DNA of 32,000 nucleotides from Fastidiosibacter lacustris (lineage in GTDB: Bacteria > Pseudomonadota > Gammaproteobacteria > Francisellales > Francisellaceae). The stretch's first letter is position 1. Every line of letters begins with the position of its first letter. Below are positions 9,180 through 17,152 of this stretch, in pieces. The translations under genes were made by a program, and so were the position numbers. The stretch lies in assembly GCF_003428155.1 (NCBI RefSeq), contig NZ_QLIR01000001.1, forward strand, positions 180,001 to 212,000, written 5' to 3'. The notes below the pieces were generated by a model, which was given only the letters and a program-made list of their open reading frames with translations, ran no database searches and was not told where the DNA came from.

Positions 9180-9749
9180 GTGACAACCGAAAACACTGAA
9201 ACAAAGAGCAACCTTATTTGGCTTGATCTTGAAATGACAGGTCTTGAAATAGACAGCTGTTATATTCTTGAGATTGCTACCATTATCACTGACTCTAATC
9301 TCAATATCGTTGCAGAATCGCCAGCAATCGCTATTCATCAAAGCGATGAAGTTTTGCAAAATATGAATTCATGGTGTATTAAAACTCATCAGGCCTCAGG
9401 TTTAACTGAGCGTGTGCGCCACAGTAAAGTTTCAGTTACAGAGGCTGAGTGGCAGATTCTTGAATTTATTAAGCCACACGTACATAAGGGGCAATCACCT
9501 TTATGTGGCAATTCCATTTGGCAAGATCGCAGGTTTTTAGCCAAATACATGCCTACGTTAGAAGACTATTTTCATTATCGCTTACTCGACGTCAGTTCAT
9601 TTAAAATTGCAGCATCTTTGTGGAGACCAGATCTCTTAAAGCAATTTAACAAACAAAGTGTACATCTTGCATTAGATGATATTAAGGAGTCGATTGAAGA
9701 AATGAAATTCTATCAGCAGCATTTTTTACAACTTCTCAGTACTCAATAA
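9180..9749 (+). CDS. orn: oligoribonuclease
   Basis: NLIWLDLEMTGLE...ILEIATIITD is the DEDDh exonuclease motif, colinear with E. coli Orn. The GTG start lies 5 nt after AAGGAG, which is formed by the last codons of efp. Confidence 0.95.
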   Translation: MTTENTETKSNLIWLDLEMTGLEIDSCYILEIATIITDSNLNIVAESPAIAIHQSDEVLQNMNSWCIKTHQASGLTERVRHSKVSVTEAEWQILEFIKPHVHKGQSPLCGNSIWQDRRFLAKYMPTLEDYFHYRLLDVSSFKIAASLWRPDLLKQFNKQSVHLALDDIKESIEEMKFYQQHFLQLLSTQ

Positions 9750-9820
9750 ACTTTTTTTCTATTAGATTGATTTACAAAATTCGATGAAATAAGTGGTTCT
9801 CAACATCCATGTCACTATGA

Positions 9821-12800
9821 TTAGCTTGACAGAAGGTGTAGTATTTTAGTTCGTGAGCCTGTTGTTGTAGGTATAAGATAAATATTGTATTCTCTGTTGG
9901 GAGAAAAGCTAACAACTTTCCAAATATAGTGGTTATCAGTGATTTCAGGCAACACGTCCTGAGTACACTCAAATGCATAATTTCCCCCGTTAGTTTGTGT
10001 TCTCTCCCAGCACGCCTGATACTCATTTCTACTCGCTTCTCCTTTGTTAAACAACAAACTAACAACATTTACATCCTTTGAATATAAGTCAGGAGGGGGA
10101 GCAGGTAGTGTTGTTATATCCTTTAAATCAATATGAAACTCGTGGATTTTATCACCTATAGTATTCTGTAGCATAACAGTAACGTTCATATCTTTCTTAA
10201 CAGAGATTTCATATGGAATAGCTAACGCTATTACATCGGCATTATCCAGTGCTGTTACGGTAAATGATCCTATTTTATTTGTAGTCCAGTCTGGTGCTCT
10301 TACTGTAAGTGTCGCTTTATTTATTTCGCTTGACACCATGCTCCAGTCATCTGGGATATTCCAGGTATATCCATCCTCTTTCGGTTGACGGTTTGGCGAA
10401 TTTGGCGGTGTAATATAGTTTGCATGCAACGTAATTTCCATATTCTCAATAACAGAATTAGTACTACTTTCTATATTGACCTCGCCTCCTAAGCTCGTAT
10501 TAGCCTTCACCGTTACATTATGTATAGCTAAGTTATCCGTTGTAATACCAGCAGCATCCGTCACTTTAACGGTAAATAACCCCACTTCATTTAAATTCCA
10601 GTGCGGTGCTTTTACTGTAATAGTATTAGAAACATTAGCGGGTACAATTAATTGTTGGTTACTTGTATTCGCTATTAAGGTTAAGTTTGATGGTGCTACT
10701 ACTCCCCAGTCAAGTGGAATCGTCCATGTGTAGCTCTCAGCCTTTCTATTAGGCGAATCATCCGGTAAATCATAGTTTGCAGTCAACTGAATTGTGTCAT
10801 TCTCTGTAGCCTCATTTCCTCCACTAATCCTTGCCGTGCCTTGTAAGTTCGGATTAGCCTTCAGTGTTACCGCATGCTCAAATGCGAGCGTTGTAATGTC
10901 CGCATTATCTGTTGCTGTTACGGTAAATACAGCCTTAGGAATACTAGCCCATGCTGGAGCAATAACGGTAATCTGCTTTTGATTATCATCTGAACGTGTC
11001 TCATCAAATTCCCAATTGTCTGGAATAGTCCATTTATACGCCTTTACCTGACGTTGTGGCACATTAGAGTTGTCAAATATTGCTTTTAAAGCTATCTTCT
11101 CATTCTCAATTACTTCATCATTCGCTTGAACTGAAACTATTCCCTTTAAATCATCATTTTTCTCAACTTCAACTAAGATAATTGATGTTTGAACACTCTC
11201 ACCTGAAGTTGCTTTAAGTGTTATTTGATGGGTATTGTTCCCTGTAGGATTATAATAAGGCGCTGTAAAAGTATATGTTGCATTCTCATCATCATAATAA
11301 CCGCTTAAACCACTCCACTCATAATGAGGTATTTCTTTTAATAATCTTGACCTTGATAATGCTAAGGAAATTTTTCCTGTTTTATGCTCTGTAACCTCAA
11401 TAGATTTAGGCACCTTGACAAAGAATAGATTATCTGTAATATTTTCTAAATTTTGAATTCCTAGCTTATCAACCAAATTTATTGTTTTTAACCTTAAATT
11501 ATCAAGTGTGCTGTCAGCATCAAGCCAACGTCCTATATAATTCTCATTGTTGGCATTTTCCTGATGTTCTTCAAAACTGTAATACACTGCATCTTTGGAG
11601 CCAACAAAGCTACGAATATAGTTCGGAGTTGTTTGAAGATTTAATATATTGTTGTTTAGACGCGCCAAAGGAAAACCACTGTTTAGCCTCCCGCTTCCAT
11701 ATAAGGTTCCATTTTGACTTATTTCAAGTCTATTTACATAACCATTTCTTTTTAAGAAGTCCTGGTTAAATGGAATTGGAGTGGTAATTTTGTCGGTTTC
11801 ATTTAATTTTTTTACTTCTTTATTTTCACCTTGATTTAAATCATAAAAATTAAGCTCAGTATTATTATCAATATAATATAGTCGTTCTGATGGAAGTATA
11901 TTATACCTCCCTTGTTCTATGGCTTTTAGGTCAGTGTCGCCTTGACCACTATTTGCAAATTGAATGTCATATTGAATATTTGCTTCTTTAGTTACATCTT
12001 CTTTGCTGAAAGTGATTGAACATGAGCTTTTACTACTGATATTTTGGTTTAGGCAATCTTGACCCATTTCAATTTTAATATTTTCAGTACTTAACGTGAG
12101 TTTTTGATCTTCATTCGTATTATTATTATAAACGTCTAATGTGTAAAGGTTTTCACCTATTCTTACTGGTTCATATACAAATGCAGATCGATTGGATTTA
12201 ATAGATTTAATAGCTACAGTGATATCTTCTAGTAAATTTGTATCGCCTTTTTTAATGGTTAAATTATGCCAGCCCGATTTTGTATCGCTATTTTCGTCAA
12301 CTTTAAGGTAGCAAGAAGCGTTTGTATTTAAAATATTATTGGTTAGTGAAAGACAAGAAGGTGTGCTGTTGATTATTTGACCGTTATTAACTAAAGATAG
12401 TCCATCTAAAGAAAAGCTAGATAAATCGACTTGAGCCCAATTAAACTTTGAGTTATTGGTTATTACAATTATATTATCTTGAGCATAGTTGTCATCGTTT
12501 ACAATGCTGTTAGATTGTATTTCGAGCGTGACAGGTGCTACCGTTATATGACTTGTTAACACGATTTCCTGTGGATGTTCTTTATTACTTTCATCTAGTA
12601 GTGTGATCTCAACGGTGCCTTTACCTTTAGCATTAGAATTGACATTAAATTTAAGCTCGTATATTTGTTCATTATTTAAATTATGATTTTGTGTAAAATC
12701 ATTTTCATTACCCCAGTCAACTCCGCTTAATGTATTTTTGTTAAATTCAACTTTTGTGATCTTTAAATTTGGACGATAAGTAATTAACTTAACGGTGTTT

Positions 12801-13657
12801 TCCCCTGTATCTTGAATAAATAAGTTCTCAATTTCTGCTAAAGCTTGACGATCATCAATAAATTGAATAGTCAACTCTCCACCTATATTAGCTGCTGTAA
12901 GTAAGCCAGCTTGATTAGCTGCTCCTTTGTTACGTACAGCATTTATTTTTGCACTTATTTCATCATTTAAAACAACACTTGACTTGCCTTCAAGGTGAGC
13001 GATTTTACCGATAACTTCACCATTCAATAACAGATTAATATTGTTAATCGCATAATTAAAAGGATTGTACAAACTAACCTTTTTATCGCCAGAAATATAG
13101 ATTTTATTATCCAACGCATCCAATGAATTCATCAATATTGGTTGAGACAAAAGATGTGAATGTTTATTTACAACATTAATAATGCGGTTATACGAAATTT
13201 TTTCTCCATTTGATAAGTCAATCACAATATTTATATTTTTTAAGCCTAAAGTATCAAACTTTGCCTTTAATGGAAGAATACAAAACTCTGTAAACGAATT
13301 AAATGATTGTGGGCTTGCATTTATACAACTATTAATTGGAGGAAGATTATCAAGGTCAATCTCAACATTTTTAGGAAAAATGTCAATAGCTTTAATTTGA
13401 TACGTGCTTACGTGTTTACTACCTACTTTCAATGTACTTGAAAGGTTTGAGCTGCCGATAGATAAAGAGCCTAATGCCTCCTTATCCTTTGCAATATATT
13501 CTGGAAAAATAGTCCCTCCTTTATTATCTGATGCCACTATCCCAGATACTTTTTTATCATCGTTTGCAGTTGGGCTACCACCACAAGCAGTTAATATTCC
13601 TGCTAAACACAGTAAGGTAATTTTTTTCATTCCACTTTCTATTTTGTTTCTTTTCAT
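9821..13657 (-). CDS. large orphan lipoprotein with multiple Ig/PKD-like beta-sandwich modules (putative surface or adhesin-like protein)
   Basis: ATG 13657 is preceded by GGGGGA. The signal is MKRNKIESGMKKITLLCLAGILTAC-GG (lipobox LTAC). The open frame is uninterrupted for 1,278 aa and carries four C-terminal tandem modules. I recognise no catalytic motif. The ORF-track start at 13729 adds 24 non-signal-like residues. Confidence 0.85.
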   Translation of the reverse strand: MKRNKIESGMKKITLLCLAGILTACGGSPTANDDKKVSGIVASDNKGGTIFPEYIAKDKEALGSLSIGSSNLSSTLKVGSKHVSTYQIKAIDIFPKNVEIDLDNLPPINSCINASPQSFNSFTEFCILPLKAKFDTLGLKNINIVIDLSNGEKISYNRIINVVNKHSHLLSQPILMNSLDALDNKIYISGDKKVSLYNPFNYAINNINLLLNGEVIGKIAHLEGKSSVVLNDEISAKINAVRNKGAANQAGLLTAANIGGELTIQFIDDRQALAEIENLFIQDTGENTVKLITYRPNLKITKVEFNKNTLSGVDWGNENDFTQNHNLNNEQIYELKFNVNSNAKGKGTVEITLLDESNKEHPQEIVLTSHITVAPVTLEIQSNSIVNDDNYAQDNIIVITNNSKFNWAQVDLSSFSLDGLSLVNNGQIINSTPSCLSLTNNILNTNASCYLKVDENSDTKSGWHNLTIKKGDTNLLEDITVAIKSIKSNRSAFVYEPVRIGENLYTLDVYNNNTNEDQKLTLSTENIKIEMGQDCLNQNISSKSSCSITFSKEDVTKEANIQYDIQFANSGQGDTDLKAIEQGRYNILPSERLYYIDNNTELNFYDLNQGENKEVKKLNETDKITTPIPFNQDFLKRNGYVNRLEISQNGTLYGSGRLNSGFPLARLNNNILNLQTTPNYIRSFVGSKDAVYYSFEEHQENANNENYIGRWLDADSTLDNLRLKTINLVDKLGIQNLENITDNLFFVKVPKSIEVTEHKTGKISLALSRSRLLKEIPHYEWSGLSGYYDDENATYTFTAPYYNPTGNNTHQITLKATSGESVQTSIILVEVEKNDDLKGIVSVQANDEVIENEKIALKAIFDNSNVPQRQVKAYKWTIPDNWEFDETRSDDNQKQITVIAPAWASIPKAVFTVTATDNADITTLAFEHAVTLKANPNLQGTARISGGNEATENDTIQLTANYDLPDDSPNRKAESYTWTIPLDWGVVAPSNLTLIANTSNQQLIVPANVSNTITVKAPHWNLNEVGLFTVKVTDAAGITTDNLAIHNVTVKANTSLGGEVNIESSTNSVIENMEITLHANYITPPNSPNRQPKEDGYTWNIPDDWSMVSSEINKATLTVRAPDWTTNKIGSFTVTALDNADVIALAIPYEISVKKDMNVTVMLQNTIGDKIHEFHIDLKDITTLPAPPPDLYSKDVNVVSLLFNKGEASRNEYQACWERTQTNGGNYAFECTQDVLPEITDNHYIWKVVSFSPNREYNIYLIPTTTGSRTKILHLLSS
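10190..11374 (-). repeat. four tandem protein-level repeats (75-118 aa) inside the lipoprotein gene
   Basis: The copies are encoded at 11374-11150 (degenerate), 11149-10847, 10846-10493 and 10492-10190. They share YxW(T/N)IPxxW, (I/L)TVxAPxW, FTV(T/K)xxDxA and V(T/S)xKA. DNA identity is limited to short strings, e.g. gctgttacggtaaat at 10251 and 10914. Confidence 0.8.
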
Positions 13658-14179
13658 TTCTTTTCCCCCGGTTTTTTGAATTGTTTGAATTATAGATATC
13701 GTCTCAACATAAAACAAGATAACCTTCAAAGTAATTTCCTCCCCCTTAGCAGAATCATTTTTGGGTATAGGATACGTTTGGCAGTAGAAATAAAGTTATT
13801 TCCATGGATTTAAAAAAAGAAAAAGGATTCCTATCATGGTTAAGCCATTATATAATGTTGTACAGAGTCAATTGCACATGCTTATACCTTTACCACTGAT
13901 GGTGGTGACAGCGTGAACTTACCGGATAATAGCAATCCAATTTAAGTTTTAAGTCAGTTGGCAATTGAATTTGATTCTCAATCAAGAGTCAGTCGATAAA
14001 CTCTATAATATTGCTGTGGATTTGGTAAGACAGGTACTAGAGAAAGGAATAGATATTGATCATAGCAGCAATATTGTAATAAGGAGTATTATATAAACAA
14101 TCTATTGGCGCACGATTACTAGCACAAAGTATAGGTAATAGGTGTAAGAGATATATCTACAGGTGTTGTATTCATAAAT

Positions 14180-14468
14180 TTATCGGTAATCTGTAAAGTA
14201 GCGGTTCTTTGTCCCATACTTTTCTTTTCTGGTCTTTGTAAATAATATTTGATGTTTTTTCTTATACTCATGTGACACAAACTGATCTAGTGTTTTATCT
14301 AACAACTCTTGTCGTGAATAACTTAAGAAAATTTTCAGCAGGTTTATTTGCTTCAACAACATGCTGTTTATCGTCAAAAACTAAAATGGCATCATAAAAT
14401 AAGTCGATACATTCTTTGAAAATTGAATTTTTAAGAAAATCATGTGATAGTAATTTTGTATCATCCAT
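14180..14468 (-). pseudogene. frameshifted, short PAS-domain gene relic
   Basis: ATG 14468 has GGAG 8 nt upstream. MDDTKLLSHDFLKNSIFKECIDLFYDAILVFDDKQHVVEANKPAENFL continues in another frame as SYSRQELLDKTLDQFVSHEYKKKHQ.... Together these give the PAS pattern AI.V.D....V..N..AE.F..YSR.EL.....DQ. The shift lies near the A4T4 run at about 14320-14340. The joined product of about 95 aa is still shorter than a full PAS fold. Confidence 0.55.
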
Positions 14469-14702
14469 TTTGTCTACTCCTTTTTTGACCAGCTTTGTAT
14501 AAATTTTCGATTTAGTCACTTGTTTTAAGTATTAAGTATATAATTTGTTATAAAATCGCTAGAATCTCGCTACAGGGTACGATATAGCTTTGATTTTGCT
14601 TGTACTTACCTATTTTTTATTGATTAGAATATATTTTATCATATCCTTTTGCCAATATTTCGTTATGATAAGGGTTCAAGTTTATTTCATTAAAGGAACT
14701 TT

Positions 14703-16181
14703 ATGATGAATCAAACAAAGGAGTCTCAGCCTAAATCGCTGTATTACACTATTGCGGTCAATGTGTGGGAGTATTTTAGTTATTACGGTATGCGTGCGTT
14801 ATTGGTTTTGTATTTAACACAGAAGCTGTTATTTACCGATAACCATGCTTATGCACTATATGGCGCGTATACCGCACTTGTATATGTTACACCAATTGTA
14901 GGGGGTATGATCGCGGATCGGTATTTAGGTTATTATTGGGCGACTTTACTGGGGGCGGCAACGATGGTTGCAGGTCATTTGGTTTTGGGGCTAGATGGTA
15001 GTGGGCTTTATTTTGGTTTGGCACTTGTTATCTGTGGCTATGGCTTATTCAAAACAAATATATCTTGTTTATTAGGAGCCACTTACTCACGTGAACACTC
15101 AAAGCGTGACAGCGGATTTGCCTTAATGTATGTTGGTGGCAATGTTGGCGCTTTTGTTTCTCCTATTTTGTGCGCATGGGCAGCGCAAACATGGGGGTGG
15201 CATTATGGGTTTTTATTAGCTGCAATTGGTATGGCAATTGGGCTTGTTATTTTCATTAGTGGTCGTAAACATTTTAAAGCGGGCAATGATCCACAATGGC
15301 AATCGTTAAAAGAGAAGGGGTTAATTAATATTAAAGTGTTACCGTCTATTGTGATATTGATTGTATTAAGTGCTGTTTTTTTTAGCTTTGCGCTTTATTA
15401 TTTGTTTGCGGGTTGGATCTTATTTTTATGTGTGGCAGGGAGTTTATATTTCTTATTCTTTTTGTTTTTGAAGCTTGATCGGAAAGATAAAAAAGCGCTA
15501 TTTGCTATTTGCTTCTTTATGATTTTTGGTTTGATTTTCTGGGCATTTAATCAGCAAGGTGGTAGCTCGATTAGTTTGTTTGTTGAGCGTAATGTTATAC
15601 GTGAATTTGATGGCTTTATAATTCCAGCAGCAGCTTTTCAATCGATTAACCCATTTGCGATTTTAATTGGTGGAGTCATTATGTCGCAAGTTTGGTATTG
15701 GTTATTAAAGGCAGGTGTGCACTTTAGGGCACTAGTTAAAATTACTTTTGGCTTATTGTTTCTCACCTTTGGTTTTTTTATGATTATGTTAGGTGCTAAA
15801 ATTGCAGCAGCAAATGATGGACACGTTTCTATGCTGTGGGTAATGGTTGGTCTGATTATGATTGGTTTTGCTGAGCTTTTTGTAGATCCGGTGGCACTAG
15901 CTGAAATTACACGTCTTAATCCAGGGGGATCAGTTGGATTCTTAGCAGGACTTTATATGCTTATTACGGGATCGATTGCAAACTATTTGGCAGCCGAGAT
16001 TGCAACACTTACGAGTGTCGATGCAGCTAAAACAGCAGGGGATTTCTTAATCACCAGCGCCACAAACTACTATAATGTATTTGACATGATTACTAAGGTC
16101 TCGGCAATTTCTTGTGTGGTATTGATTGTGATTTGTTTTATATTTTTTACCTTCAGAAAGTTTAAAACAGATGTGTCCTGA
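14703..16181 (+). CDS. proton-dependent oligopeptide transporter (POT/PTR2), DtpC/DtpD (YjdL/YbgH)-like subgroup
   Basis: 492 aa and polytopic. The N-terminus YYTIAVNVWEYFSYYGMRALLVLYLTQKL...VYVTPIVGGMIADRYLG closely parallels E. coli YjdL. AAAGGAA Shine-Dalgarno is present. Confidence 0.92.
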   Translation: MMNQTKESQPKSLYYTIAVNVWEYFSYYGMRALLVLYLTQKLLFTDNHAYALYGAYTALVYVTPIVGGMIADRYLGYYWATLLGAATMVAGHLVLGLDGSGLYFGLALVICGYGLFKTNISCLLGATYSREHSKRDSGFALMYVGGNVGAFVSPILCAWAAQTWGWHYGFLLAAIGMAIGLVIFISGRKHFKAGNDPQWQSLKEKGLINIKVLPSIVILIVLSAVFFSFALYYLFAGWILFLCVAGSLYFLFFLFLKLDRKDKKALFAICFFMIFGLIFWAFNQQGGSSISLFVERNVIREFDGFIIPAAAFQSINPFAILIGGVIMSQVWYWLLKAGVHFRALVKITFGLLFLTFGFFMIMLGAKIAAANDGHVSMLWVMVGLIMIGFAELFVDPVALAEITRLNPGGSVGFLAGLYMLITGSIANYLAAEIATLTSVDAAKTAGDFLITSATNYYNVFDMITKVSAISCVVLIVICFIFFTFRKFKTDVS

Positions 16182-16231
16182 TTCTTGTGTGATTTTGAAT
16201 CTTTAATTGTCTTTCTTTTAGATATAATGAG

Positions 16232-16963
16232 TTATTTAGCCCCATCAACGATTTGCTTAATCACCATGCCTGCAATGGTAAGTCCAAATAAAGCAGGCAT
16301 ATAGCTAATGGTGCCATTAACAGCGCGATCACGTCCAGAGCCAATGACAGGTTCTGGTGGTAAAGGCGGCAAGGAGTTTTCAGTTGAATAAACCGCTAGA
16401 ATTCCTTTTGTAACATGTTGACGACGTAAGCGAATGCGCATGAATTTTGCAAGTTTGCACACACGTGTTTTATAAATGTCATCAACTTTTATTTGAGTAG
16501 GATCAAGTTTGCCACCGGCACCCATACTCGAGATAACCTTATAGCCTTTTTTATGTGCAGTACTAACAAACGCAACTTTACAAGCAAGGCTATCAATTGC
16601 ATCAATAACAAAGTCATAAGGTTTATTGAGAATATTATTCATATCCTCTGTACGAATAAAGTCTTCGACAATATTGACTTGGCAGCTAGGGTTAATATCC
16701 AAAATTCTATTTTTCATGACCAATGCTTTTTTAATACCAATAGTGGAATGAAGAGCAACGAGTTGACGATTAAGGTTGGATGTAGAAACGGTATCATGAT
16801 CGATTAAAGTAATCTCCCCAACGCCACTGCGCACAAGTGCTTCAGCAGCAAAAGAGCCAACACCACCAATGCCTGCTAAAAGAACATGTGCATTTTTAAG
16901 TTTATCAATACCTGTATTATTAACTAAGATAGAAGTGCGCTCAAATAGACCTGTGTGTTGCAT
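16232..16963 (-). CDS. tcdA: tRNA threonylcarbamoyladenosine dehydratase (ThiF/HesA-family E1-like)
   Basis: LLAGIGGVGSFAAEALVRSGVGEITLIDHDTVSTSNLNRQ is the nucleotide-binding motif. The 243-aa size and overall colinearity fit TcdA/CsdL. Confidence 0.88.
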   Translation of the reverse strand: MQHTGLFERTSILVNNTGIDKLKNAHVLLAGIGGVGSFAAEALVRSGVGEITLIDHDTVSTSNLNRQLVALHSTIGIKKALVMKNRILDINPSCQVNIVEDFIRTEDMNNILNKPYDFVIDAIDSLACKVAFVSTAHKKGYKVISSMGAGGKLDPTQIKVDDIYKTRVCKLAKFMRIRLRRQHVTKGILAVYSTENSLPPLPPEPVIGSGRDRAVNGTISYMPALFGLTIAGMVIKQIVDGAK

Positions 16964-17152
16964 AAAATAAAATGGAAACTTAATTTTTTGTGTAGTATGT
17001 CATATTTTGTAAATAGATTCATTATTCTTGTTTATGAGATTTTTATACACGGTGATCTTTTATCAAAAGCTATATACCTATCACAAAATTTAAAGTCATA
17101 AACGCTATAAAATGGGTTGTTATGAGTATATAATCCAAACCTCATAAAGTAT

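Noticed and set aside
13621-13630. An A7 homopolymer (ATGAAAAAAATT on the minus strand) in the signal-peptide region of the lipoprotein gene, considered as a possible phase-variation tract.
   Set aside because: Seven residues is short for slipped-strand switching and simply encodes Lys-Lys in an AT-rich genome. No longer tract or repeat lies in the 5' region.
10476-13679. Several plus-strand ORFs of 62-95 aa in the track (10476-10733, 10794-10982, 11482-11769, 13182-13400, 13404-13679), all antisense to the giant lipoprotein gene. The minus-strand ORF at 9772-10068 belongs to the same group.
   Set aside because: All are embedded in a long, well-supported ORF. They have low-complexity or odd composition, no RBS and no recognisable motifs. 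They are typical shadow ORFs. The same judgement applies to 134-406, 8653-8883, 8940-9359, 16493-16807, 19915-20109, 20854-21114, 22446-23160, 23249-23505, 23661-23858, 24137-24334, 25749-25970, 26986-27563, 29607-29819 and 30216-30479.
14703-16181. The POT transporter lacks the canonical ExxER proton-coupling motif, reading NVWEY instead of ELWER.
   Set aside because: The same deviation (QIWEY) is characteristic of the known atypical E. coli POTs YjdL/YbgH (DtpC/DtpD), which this protein closely resembles. It is a subgroup trait and not a novelty.
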